Under the pieces are notes generated by a model. That model did not search any database. It was not told where the DNA came from and saw only the letters and a program-made list of their open reading frames with translations. DNA of 55,435 nt. It comes from a virus. Its lineage: Duplodnaviria > Caudoviricetes. How positions within the stretch are numbered: position 1 is the stretch's first letter; each line of letters starts with the position of its first letter. Shown here in pieces: positions 18,527 through 27,032 of this stretch. Location: the IMG/VR virus record IMGVR_UViG_3300025326_000038, positions 1 to 55,435 of that record; one strand, written 5' to 3'. The position numbers and the translations under genes were made by a program.

Positions 18527-21001
18527 ATGCATCGATTCCGGAAAGTCAAAGCGGCGTGGGAGTGGGTGAAGGAGCAGCTCGCCTCGGATTCGCTCGACGC
18601 CAAGGTGATGCAAGTGCAGGCCGCGTGGGCCGCGCAGTACGGGGCTGGTTACGACGCGGGTATGGTCTGCGACGTCTATGAAGACCGCGTCATCGTCCGG
18701 AAGATGGACGGCGGCTTTGAAGCCTACCCGTACACGATGGCGGCCGACGGGACGATCACCTTTCAGGCGCCCGTCGACGTCGAGGTCGTCTACAACGAGA
18801 TTTCCGAGGCGAGTGAGCTGGATGCCGTCACGCCGCGGGGGAAGAGTGGAACCATCTGGGAAGTCCGCGTGCTCAAGTTCGGCCGATCGCGCAATGGCTT
18901 TCTCTGGAGCCGCGAGGCCGGCGAGAAGCTCGCCCCCTTGCTCGCCTCGGCCCCCGTCGGCTGTTTCATGGACCCGGCCGGGGCGATGGGCCATGCCGAC
19001 GCGCGCAGCGTGGCCATCGGCAACGGCCCGCTGATCCGCAACATCGTCGGCGATCTCCAGGCGCCGCGGGTCGAGGATGATGGCGTCTATGCCTCCCTGC
19101 ACGTCCACGAGGACGCCGGGTGGCTGAAGCAGAAGCTCCTCGGGCTGGCCAACCGGGGCGTGGTGGATAAGGTGCTCGGGTTGTCAGTGGACACGCTGGC
19201 GGGGTACGTCCCGGTCCAGCTGCGGGAAGGCGCTGCGAAGGCGATCACCGAGATCAAGCGGCTCTTTTCCGTGGACATCGTCACGCGCCCGTCAGCCGAT
19301 GGGCGCTTCATCCGGGCGACGGCGGGGCCGTTGCTCACCGAGGGAGACCAGGTCATGAATCGAGCGCAGCTCATTGCCCTGATTCAGGAGCACCGGCCCA
19401 AGCTGCTCGAGGGCCGCGTGGTGGAATCGCTGACCGACGACCAGCTCGCGGCACTCGTCAAGGAGGCGCTGCGGGAGCCGGTCGAACCGCCCAAGCCCGG
19501 GCCGGACCCCGAGCTCGACGTCAAGCTGAAGAAGCTGACGGCGCTCGAGCAGCGCCTGGCCATCCGCGAGAGCCAGGAGCGCGTCGCGGAGGCCGTCGAC
19601 GCCACGGAGCTGCCCGATCCGGTCAAGGCGAAGCTCAAGAAGTCCTTCGCCGGCAAGGTGACCGAGCAGGCGGAGATCGACCTGGCGGTCAAGGACGAGA
19701 TCGAGACCTGGGGGAAGCTCACGGAGTCCGGGAAGGTGGTAGGCCTCGGCGGGGTGAAGGTCGGCAGCATGATCGACCGGAAGGACAAGATCCAGGCTGG
19801 CCTGGATATGCTCTTCGGTGTGAGCCGGGAGTCGCTCGCCGAGAATCTCAAGAGTTCGCCGTTCAATCCCGAGGCCGTCTCGCGGATCATGGAGAGCTTC
19901 AAACCTCATGCGGACGCGGCCAAGGACCCGGGGTTGCGGTTCCGGGGACTCAAGGATTTCTACATCGAGGCCACCGGCGACAAGGATGTCACCGGCCGCC
20001 GTCCCGAACGCGTCTCGGAAGCCACGGTCGTGACGACGGACTGGGCTGACGCGCTCGGCAATACGCTCTACCGCCGACTGCTGGCGACCTACGCGGAGCA
20101 GAACTACAACGAGCGCTCGATCGCGCGCTTCGGCAACGCGCCGGACTTCCGGACGCGGGAAGTGGTGCACCTGGGGTACTTCGGGGATCTGTCGACCGTG
20201 GCGCAGGACGGGTCCTACACGGCCATCACGAACCCCACCGATGACAAGGTCAGCTACGCCGTGGCGAAGCGCGGGAATCTTTTCACGGTCTCCCTCGAGA
20301 CGATCAAGAACGACGACCTCCGCGCGGTCCAGGAATCCATCTCGCGCCTCGGCCGGGCGGCCCGCCGGACGCTGGCGGCATTCATCTGGAACTTCTGGCT
20401 GTCGATCCCGAACGGCTCCGGCGGCGGATTCGGGGCCCTCTTCGACATCGATTCCGCGGCCTGGTTCGACTCCACGGATGGCAACGGGCGAGGCCTGCAC
20501 TCCAACTACGGGACGACGGCGCTCACCTCGGACTCCACTGGCGCCGCCGAAGTCATGACGCTGATTACGCGACTCGGCAAGATGAAGGAGAAGGATTCCC
20601 TGAAGGTCCTCGGCCTGCCGGCCATGACCGATCTCTGGCTGGATGTGCCGCTGGATCTCTGGAGCGTCGCAAACCTGCTGAACCGGACGCCGTCCTTCTC
20701 AACGACGGTGGCCAACCCGATCTACCAGATGTTCGGTCTGAACAATGAACGCATCAACGTCAACCCGCTCTTCACGGATCTGACTGACTGGGGCGTCCAT
20801 GTGGATCCCAGCCGTGGGGACCGGGAGTCTATCTGGGTCGACTTCCTGGATGGGCGTGAGGAGCCGGAGATGTTCGTGGCGGATCTGCCCACGCAGGGCT
20901 CGCTATTCACGAACGACCGCATTGACTGGAAGATCCGGCACATCTACGGCGGTGATCTCTTGGATGTCAAGGGCGCCGCGAAGAACATCGTCGCCGGGTA
21001 A
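18527..21001 (+). CDS. Fused prohead protease-scaffold-major capsid protein
   Basis: GLSVD...SVDIVTRPSADG protease; helical scaffold from internal ATG 19355 with RBS; capsid region with I.NDDL motif. Confidence 0.85.
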   Translation: MHRFRKVKAAWEWVKEQLASDSLDAKVMQVQAAWAAQYGAGYDAGMVCDVYEDRVIVRKMDGGFEAYPYTMAADGTITFQAPVDVEVVYNEISEASELDAVTPRGKSGTIWEVRVLKFGRSRNGFLWSREAGEKLAPLLASAPVGCFMDPAGAMGHADARSVAIGNGPLIRNIVGDLQAPRVEDDGVYASLHVHEDAGWLKQKLLGLANRGVVDKVLGLSVDTLAGYVPVQLREGAAKAITEIKRLFSVDIVTRPSADGRFIRATAGPLLTEGDQVMNRAQLIALIQEHRPKLLEGRVVESLTDDQLAALVKEALREPVEPPKPGPDPELDVKLKKLTALEQRLAIRESQERVAEAVDATELPDPVKAKLKKSFAGKVTEQAEIDLAVKDEIETWGKLTESGKVVGLGGVKVGSMIDRKDKIQAGLDMLFGVSRESLAENLKSSPFNPEAVSRIMESFKPHADAAKDPGLRFRGLKDFYIEATGDKDVTGRRPERVSEATVVTTDWADALGNTLYRRLLATYAEQNYNERSIARFGNAPDFRTREVVHLGYFGDLSTVAQDGSYTAITNPTDDKVSYAVAKRGNLFTVSLETIKNDDLRAVQESISRLGRAARRTLAAFIWNFWLSIPNGSGGGFGALFDIDSAAWFDSTDGNGRGLHSNYGTTALTSDSTGAAEVMTLITRLGKMKEKDSLKVLGLPAMTDLWLDVPLDLWSVANLLNRTPSFSTTVANPIYQMFGLNNERINVNPLFTDLTDWGVHVDPSRGDRESIWVDFLDGREEPEMFVADLPTQGSLFTNDRIDWKIRHIYGGDLLDVKGAAKNIVAG

Positions 21002-21011
21002 GAGAGAAGAT

Positions 21012-21047
21012 GAGCGGAGCGGCCGAGCGCATCCGGTCGCTCCGCTC
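21012..21047. terminator. 14-bp GC hairpin after the capsid gene (terminator/attenuator-like)
   Basis: gagcggagcggccg-N8-cggtcgctccgctc; no clear U-tract on the + strand. Confidence 0.55.
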
Positions 21048-21053
21048 CTCACC

Positions 21054-22148
21054 ATGACCATCGTCATCGTCGGCGCGATGTTGGCGCCCTGGTTATTCCT
21101 GCTCACGGCGCGCCGCGGTTGGCACGTCTGGGCGCGCAACGCCTTTGTCCGCGGCGCCGCCGTCATGGGCGCCGGCGCCGCGGTCAGTGTGGAGCCCTTC
21201 ATGGCCCCGCTGGCTCTCTCCGTCCTGCTGCGCTGGACGGATGTCAGTCGTCTCGTGCCCGTGATGATCTGGGCGGCGATCTTCGGTGTCTGGTTCCTCG
21301 GCCTCGCCCTGGGGCCTTCAGGGCTCGTTGCAGCGGCCTGGCTGACCCTTGCTCTCGTGAATGTGGGCTTCGTGGTTCTCCAGTGTCTCGGGCAGCGGGT
21401 CGCGGTCCCGGCCTGGCTGGCAGACGGCGTTGACAAGATGGGCGAGGGGGTCGGCACGTTCGGCCATCGGACGATGTGCGCGGGCTTCCTGGCCCTGGTG
21501 CTGCCCCTCTGCTGGCTCATCCCAGCCCCTTGGCGGTGGCTCCTGGTAGCGCTTCTGGGACTCGGCCTGTGGTTGACCTCCTCCTGGTTGGCCTGGCTGG
21601 CCACGCTGGGGGCCCTTCCCGCGCTGATCCCAGCCCTCTGGCTACCTTTCCTTGGTTTGGCGCTGCTCGCTGTCCTGGGGGGCTGTGCGGCCCTCTGGGC
21701 ATGGTCTCGGGCCCCCGGTTGGTATCACCTCCTGATGCGGCCCATCGAGCGCTGGACTCTTCGGGGGGCCTCGCTGGACAGCGTCGTCCAGCGCCTGGAG
21801 GTCTGGCGGGCCTACGGCCGCGTGTGGCGGCGCTGGCCGAACTGGTTGCTTGGCCGCGGGGATGGGTCGTCCCACGAGGAAGCCGTCCAGGTGCAAGCGG
21901 GGGTACAGCATCGGATGGTCGGCTATCCCCACAACGAGATCGTGAGCCTCGCCTACGAACACGGGCTCTTCGGCCTCGCGGCCCTCGGGCTCTTCGCGTG
22001 GCGAGTGGTGCCGGCGCTCCACGCCGGCGATCCCTGGAGCGCGATGGTGATTGCTGGGGGCGTCCTCATGCTCGGGATGCACACCGCGCACATCGCACCA
22101 CTCGGCGGAACCTGGTGGCTGGCCGCGGCGATGGTGGCGGGGCGATGA
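21054..22148 (+). CDS. O-antigen ligase / O-oligosaccharyltransferase-like (Wzy_C) polytopic membrane protein
   Basis: Many TM helices; GTFGH, LT.S...WLA, R..VW...WLLG.G.GS and HNEIVSLAYEHGLFG motifs. Confidence 0.82.
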   Translation: MTIVIVGAMLAPWLFLLTARRGWHVWARNAFVRGAAVMGAGAAVSVEPFMAPLALSVLLRWTDVSRLVPVMIWAAIFGVWFLGLALGPSGLVAAAWLTLALVNVGFVVLQCLGQRVAVPAWLADGVDKMGEGVGTFGHRTMCAGFLALVLPLCWLIPAPWRWLLVALLGLGLWLTSSWLAWLATLGALPALIPALWLPFLGLALLAVLGGCAALWAWSRAPGWYHLLMRPIERWTLRGASLDSVVQRLEVWRAYGRVWRRWPNWLLGRGDGSSHEEAVQVQAGVQHRMVGYPHNEIVSLAYEHGLFGLAALGLFAWRVVPALHAGDPWSAMVIAGGVLMLGMHTAHIAPLGGTWWLAAAMVAGR

Positions 22149-22327
22149 AGCTGACGCCAGGTAGAGTGCTTGGCATTCTTCACGGCTCTGCTTGGTTCCT
22201 GGTTCTCGTGTACCTGGCGAGGCTGGAGGGCTGGCGACTCTGGGTAACATTTGCGGCGCTGATAGTTTTCGGTGCATCTGTAGACTGTGTAGCTCACAGG
22301 TACGTCGGGCTACGGAACGGCCGATGA
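22145..22327 (+). CDS. Small two-TM protein
   Basis: ATGA-coupled, hydrophobic, AT-richer. Confidence 0.55.
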   Translation: MKLTPGRVLGILHGSAWFLVLVYLARLEGWRLWVTFAALIVFGASVDCVAHRYVGLRNGR

Positions 22328-22623
22328 ACTGGCTCGCGCGCCTCATGATGCACATCCGCCGGCCGAAACCCCTCCTCCCTCCGGAGCTGGCGTGGCGAGT
22401 GGAGATTATCTGCTCCCATGGCGGGATGATGGATGTGTTCCCGTCCAATTACGACGGCCTCAAGCCCGATGCCGAGCTCTATGTCGCCTGCGCGCAACTC
22501 TGCGTTGAGGCGGCGAAACGGAACGGCATCATGCCGGACATCCTGCTGAGCGCGCTCGCGCATAAGTACCTGAAGCCCACGGTCGGCCATCTCTCAGGGA
22601 AGAAGCTCATTGTCGCTCGCTGA
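22324..22623 (+). CDS. Hypothetical protein
   Basis: ATGA-coupled ORF. Confidence 0.55.
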   Translation: MNWLARLMMHIRRPKPLLPPELAWRVEIICSHGGMMDVFPSNYDGLKPDAELYVACAQLCVEAAKRNGIMPDILLSALAHKYLKPTVGHLSGKKLIVAR

Positions 22624-23299
22624 CGTGCAGCTCCAGGTCGCCACGTGGATTCAGGACACGGCGGGGAAGCTCTCGTCGACGGACCGGGATCGCGCGATCG
22701 CCGGGGCCGTCGACATGTATTCCCGCCACCGGCCGCGGCTGAAGCAGGCCACCCTCACCGGCGATGGCGCGGCCTTCGACTTCTCGGTGCCAAGCGATTG
22801 GATGGACGGCATCTCCTCGATCATCGCGATTGAGAACCCGGTGGACCAACAGCGGCCGGAGTTCCTGGACGAGAGCGAGTACACCGTGCGCCTCGATCCG
22901 GCGACGGGACTCTCGAAGATCCGCTTTCTTGCCGACGTCCTGGACACCGGGGAGAAGGCCTATGTGACCTACGGGATCGGCCACGTCTTGACGACGGCGC
23001 TCGATACGATCCCAAGCGGCGATCGGGTGGCGGTGGTCAAGCTCGCTGCCGCGGGCTGCGCGACCCAGCTCGCCGCCCTGTACGCCCAGACCAGCGATCC
23101 GACGTTCGGCGCGGACACGGTCAACTACCGGACGAAGAGCCAGGACTACCTCGCGCTCGCCAAGGCGCTCGAGACGGCGTACCGCGAGCACGTGGGCGCC
23201 CTGGCTGGTGTCGCCGCGGCGAGTGTCAGTAGTGACCTGGACGTTGCGCTCCAGAACAACGCCGGTCTGCCCTTCTACCACGACGACCTCTCGCGATGA
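22610..23299 (+). CDS. Head-tail adaptor (putative)
   Basis: Position after capsid; size and pattern typical of connectors. Confidence 0.6.
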   Translation: MSLADVQLQVATWIQDTAGKLSSTDRDRAIAGAVDMYSRHRPRLKQATLTGDGAAFDFSVPSDWMDGISSIIAIENPVDQQRPEFLDESEYTVRLDPATGLSKIRFLADVLDTGEKAYVTYGIGHVLTTALDTIPSGDRVAVVKLAAAGCATQLAALYAQTSDPTFGADTVNYRTKSQDYLALAKALETAYREHVGALAGVAAASVSSDLDVALQNNAGLPFYHDDLSR

Positions 23300-23799
23300 T
23301 TAGCTACCAGATCACCGTCGAGGCGAAGGGTGGCCTGCTGACCGATCCGGCTATCGGGCAGCGGTTCGACCGCGAGATCATGGCGACGCTGGCGGAACTG
23401 GGCGTGCTCGGGCAGAACCTGGTCGTCCGTCGCACGCCACACGGCGTCAGCTCGGGTGGCGGTGGGCTCCGCGGGTCCATCTTCACGGAGGCGCACGGGA
23501 CGCCACTCGGGCGTGGGCAGCGCATCGCCTCAAGCGTTTACTACGCTCCGATCGTCGAGCGCGGGCGGCGCCCGGGTGGGCGTCATCCGCCGCCCGGGCC
23601 GATTCTGCTCTGGGTCGTGCGCAAGCTCGGCAAACGCGGAGCCGAGGCCCAGCACGTGGCCTTCCTGATCGGGCGGAAGATCGCCCGGCGTGGGACCGTC
23701 GGCGCGGGCATGTTCGCGCATGCTCTCGTGGATCTCCGCCCGCTCGTCCAGTCGCGGTTTCAGGCGCTCGTGAACCGGATCGGGGAGATCCTCAAGTGA
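23296..23799 (+). CDS. HK97 gp10-like neck/tail completion protein
   Basis: TP..GGLRGSI, YAPIVE.GRRPG, I..WV..K, IGRKIARRGT. Confidence 0.78.
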   Translation: MISYQITVEAKGGLLTDPAIGQRFDREIMATLAELGVLGQNLVVRRTPHGVSSGGGGLRGSIFTEAHGTPLGRGQRIASSVYYAPIVERGRRPGGRHPPPGPILLWVVRKLGKRGAEAQHVAFLIGRKIARRGTVGAGMFAHALVDLRPLVQSRFQALVNRIGEILK

Positions 23800-24254
23800 G
23801 CCTCTCGGCCATCCGGGCCTCCCTCAAGGCGACGATCCAGACCGTTCCGAACGTCGGCGTCGTCAACGACTTTGAGCCGGCGATCACGCGGGATGAGGAT
23901 CTGACGACCTACTTCGTCGATCCGGCGCTCGACTACATCCTCGGTTGGAGTATGACCCGCGAGACGACCGGCGAGCGGGACGCCTCCTATGCCAGCGATT
24001 TCGAGGATCATCTCTTCGTCCTCCGTGCCTATCGCGCGGTCAAGAACGCGGACGCGTCGGAAGCAGAACTTCAGGATCTCGTCGAACTGGTGCGGACGGC
24101 CATCCGCGCAGAGGAAGGGCCGTGCTGGAACGGCTCGGTGCAGTTCGTGGGCCACCCGCAGGTCCGGATCTTCGAGGCCCGCATGTTTGGTGCGGTCCTC
24201 GTCCACTACTGCGAAGTCACGGTGCTCGTGACGGAGCACGTCACCGTCCCCTAG
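23796..24254 (+). CDS. Tail terminator (putative)
   Basis: Position before the tail tube; acidic; VLVHYCEV C-terminus. Confidence 0.6.
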   Translation: MSLSAIRASLKATIQTVPNVGVVNDFEPAITRDEDLTTYFVDPALDYILGWSMTRETTGERDASYASDFEDHLFVLRAYRAVKNADASEAELQDLVELVRTAIRAEEGPCWNGSVQFVGHPQVRIFEARMFGAVLVHYCEVTVLVTEHVTVP

Positions 24255-24272
24255 CGGGACACGGAGGGCATC

Positions 24273-25259
24273 ATGGCGAACCTGACAGTGCCGCGCAGCC
24301 GGCGGATGGTGGTCGCGATGAAGGTCGAGTCGACCTATGGCACCGACGCCTTCGGCGGCTCCTATCTCGCGGCCAACATCGTGCCTGCCTTCAACATCAG
24401 CCCGGCGATCACGCTCGAGGAGATCGAGAACCTGGCGCTCTCCGGCGACATCGGGCGGCTCCCCAGCGGGATCGGCCGCGAACTGGCCGGGGTCACCTTC
24501 GAAATGTTCATCCGTGGGGCCGGCGCTGCATACTCGGCCAGCGTCAAGCCGGAGGCGGACAGCGCGTTGCAGGCCTGCGGCCTGAGTTCCACATTCAGCG
24601 GCGGCGCCGGCGCGGAGATCGTCACTGTCGACCCGGTGGCCACTCCCTCTTCCTACACGATCTACATCGTGCAGGAGAATGGCTCCACGCTGAAGATGGG
24701 CGGCTGCTTCGGCGACGTGGACTTCACCATGCGGGCGGGTGGGATCATCACCGCGCGCTTCAGCTTCCAGGGGATGCTCCTCGGCGAATCGGACGTGGCC
24801 TTCGTGGCGGGCACGATTGCCGGGACGCCGGCCTATCCGACGGTCAAGTCCGCGGCCTTCCAGATCGATACCGACAACTATGCGCCGCGAATCGGGACGA
24901 TCGGCTTCCGGATGGGTAATGTGCTCCAGGCCGTGCCGTCGGTCAACGCCGTGGGTGGTGTGGCCGGGTTCTTCATCGCGGATCGCCGGCCGCTGTTCAC
25001 GATCGATCCAGAGGCGAATTCGATCGCGACGCACGACTGGTTCACCGACCACAAGGCCGGCACGCTCATGGATGCCAGCTTCCTCATCGGGAGCGTGCAA
25101 TACAACAAGCTCCAGTTCAAGTTCAACGCCTCCCTGGCGGCGGGCTTGCAGATCGTCCAGCGGTCCTGGGGCTCGCGCGATGGGCTCACGTCGTTCCCGA
25201 CGACCCTGCTCGCGACGATCAGTGCAGGCCAAGATGACTTCAGCCTGATCTTCAGCTGA
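24273..25259 (+). CDS. Major tail tube protein
   Basis: K.ESTYG.D N-terminus, LQACG, beta-rich; no sheath gene seen. Confidence 0.8.
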   Translation: MANLTVPRSRRMVVAMKVESTYGTDAFGGSYLAANIVPAFNISPAITLEEIENLALSGDIGRLPSGIGRELAGVTFEMFIRGAGAAYSASVKPEADSALQACGLSSTFSGGAGAEIVTVDPVATPSSYTIYIVQENGSTLKMGGCFGDVDFTMRAGGIITARFSFQGMLLGESDVAFVAGTIAGTPAYPTVKSAAFQIDTDNYAPRIGTIGFRMGNVLQAVPSVNAVGGVAGFFIADRRPLFTIDPEANSIATHDWFTDHKAGTLMDASFLIGSVQYNKLQFKFNASLAAGLQIVQRSWGSRDGLTSFPTTLLATISAGQDDFSLIFS

Positions 25260-25268
25260 GAGAGGCGC

Positions 25269-25943
25269 ATGGAAATAAAGCGCTGCAAGAAGTGCGGCGA
25301 AGAGAAGCCCCTGACCGAGTTTTATAAGGGGCGTCTGAATCGCGGTGGCTACATTCCTCGATGCAAGTCCTGCATCAAGGCGGTGATGGCGGCGTTCTAT
25401 CTAAAAAACAAAGACCGGATTCTATCTAGAAGCATGGCCTGGGCGAAGACAAATCATGTCCACGTTGCTGCATTGGCGATGGTTCGTAACCGTCGCCGTG
25501 GTGTGAAACCGAAGCGCGTGTTTGCCTCCGAAGAGGACAGGATGGCGGCTCGTGGTGATTACAAGCGGGTCTACGTAGAACGATACCCGGATCGTGTCAA
25601 TGCCGCGAAGGCCAGCTATGCGGCGAGGTTCCCTGAACGGATCAAGGCTTTTCTTGCTACCGCGACGGCTCGCCGCAGGGCCGCTCCTGGTGTCGTGACT
25701 GGAGCGGAATGGAAATCGCTCCTCATATTCTATGAACATCGATGCGGCCAATGTGGAGCGTCGGGCGAGAAACTGACCGTCGACCACTTCATCCCGATCA
25801 TCAAGGGTGGTCATCATTCGTGGGACAATGTCTGGCCACTCTGTCTCAAGTGCAATCTTCGGAAGGGTACCCGTATGCCGCTAGAAGCGCACCCGCCGCA
25901 CGTCACCGAACGACAGGAGGCCGCATGTCAGGCCCAAGCGTAA
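25269..25943 (+). CDS. HNH homing endonuclease
   Basis: CKKCGEEKPLTEFY...CKSC and CGQCG...LTVDHFIP...GG.H...N..PLC.KCN..KG; AT-richer. Confidence 0.9.
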   Translation: MEIKRCKKCGEEKPLTEFYKGRLNRGGYIPRCKSCIKAVMAAFYLKNKDRILSRSMAWAKTNHVHVAALAMVRNRRRGVKPKRVFASEEDRMAARGDYKRVYVERYPDRVNAAKASYAARFPERIKAFLATATARRRAAPGVVTGAEWKSLLIFYEHRCGQCGASGEKLTVDHFIPIIKGGHHSWDNVWPLCLKCNLRKGTRMPLEAHPPHVTERQEAACQAQA

Positions 25944-26416
25944 CCAGTCACTCCAACGGGGGGCCCCCAGCCCGCCTCGCGACCATCGCGGAGATCCTCG
26001 CCGCCTCCGAGACACACATCACGCTCCCTGGCCTCTCGGCCACGGTAGGCGAAGCCTGTTCGCTCAAGGTTCGGAAGCTCGCCCGTGCGGAGTTCTTGCT
26101 GTGCCTCCCGCCGAATCCTCCCGGCTCCGAGTCCTGGGACCGGGAGGACTGGGCGGCGAAGGAGGCGGCCTGGCTCGAAACGCTGCCGCCCGAGATCATC
26201 GAGGCCCGTCGGCGCACGCTGGCGGAGCTCAATGTCAAGGTGGTGGCGATGGCTTCGCTCGATCCTGCGCTGACCATGGAGCAAGCATTGCGCTTGGGTG
26301 ACGATGCCCTTGTGGCGGCAGCGGCGATTTTGCGATTCTCTGGAATCACGTCAGAGGCAAAACATGGAATCACGTCAGAAGTAAAGGAAGAGGAGTCCGC
26401 GGCCGGTGTTGCCTGA
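25925..26416 (+). CDS. Tail assembly chaperone (putative)
   Basis: AGGAGG RBS; between tail tube and tape measure. Confidence 0.55.
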   Translation: MSGPSVTSHSNGGPPARLATIAEILAASETHITLPGLSATVGEACSLKVRKLARAEFLLCLPPNPPGSESWDREDWAAKEAAWLETLPPEIIEARRRTLAELNVKVVAMASLDPALTMEQALRLGDDALVAAAAILRFSGITSEAKHGITSEVKEEESAAGVA

Positions 26417-27032
26417 TTTCCTCCTGCCTATCACCCTGCCCACCGGGGCGGTTTCGCTCCTCGCCCGGGATGTGACCGTGGCCGAGTTCTTTCACGGCTT
26501 TCCGAATTCGGCGCCGGCCATGCCCTGCTATGCGAAAGAGACGCCGGAGGGCCAGCAGGCGATTACGGCGGCCCTCGAGGGGTGGGCGGATGCCCTGCTC
26601 ACGCGCGTCGTGCTGGCTCCTTCACTGCCGCTCTGGGTGGTTCAGCGGATGGGCCGCGCGCGCGATGACGCGCTGATGCCCTACCTCCGGACCGTGGGAT
26701 GGATCCCCGGGGGCGCCTCGGCGGACCCTGCGCGCGCCCTCGACCCGTCATCTCCGCCAGCGGACACGCACACGTGGGCTCGCATGGAGGCGGCCTGGAT
26801 CGTGAGCCTCCCGCCCTTTACGACGGTCCCCGCCGAGAACATCAAGGCGGCGATCAAGCTCCTGGCGAGCAAGTGCCGGACGGCGCCGCACGTCGTGTGG
26901 ACCGGGTGGCGGATTTCTGAGTTCTTGTTCGACTGGCGCATCCTGCTCCAGGACGATCTGCTCAAGCGGGGCGGGGCCGCGGCATCGGATGGCGATGAGT
27001 TCCTTCGGGCTTCGGGGATCGAGGACGAGTGA
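26406..27032 (+). CDS. Second tail assembly chaperone-like protein
   Basis: Own AAGGAG RBS; directly before the tape measure gene. Confidence 0.5.
   Translation: MLPDFLLPITLPTGAVSLLARDVTVAEFFHGFPNSAPAMPCYAKETPEGQQAITAALEGWADALLTRVVLAPSLPLWVVQRMGRARDDALMPYLRTVGWIPGGASADPARALDPSSPPADTHTWARMEAAWIVSLPPFTTVPAENIKAAIKLLASKCRTAPHVVWTGWRISEFLFDWRILLQDDLLKRGGAAASDGDEFLRASGIEDE

Noticed and set aside
26340-26416. Programmed -1 frameshift between tail chaperone genes
   Set aside because: The second ORF is in the +1 frame, has its own RBS and GTG, and no slippery heptamer is evident; the ggaatcacgtcaga duplication is a local 24-nt-period repeat.
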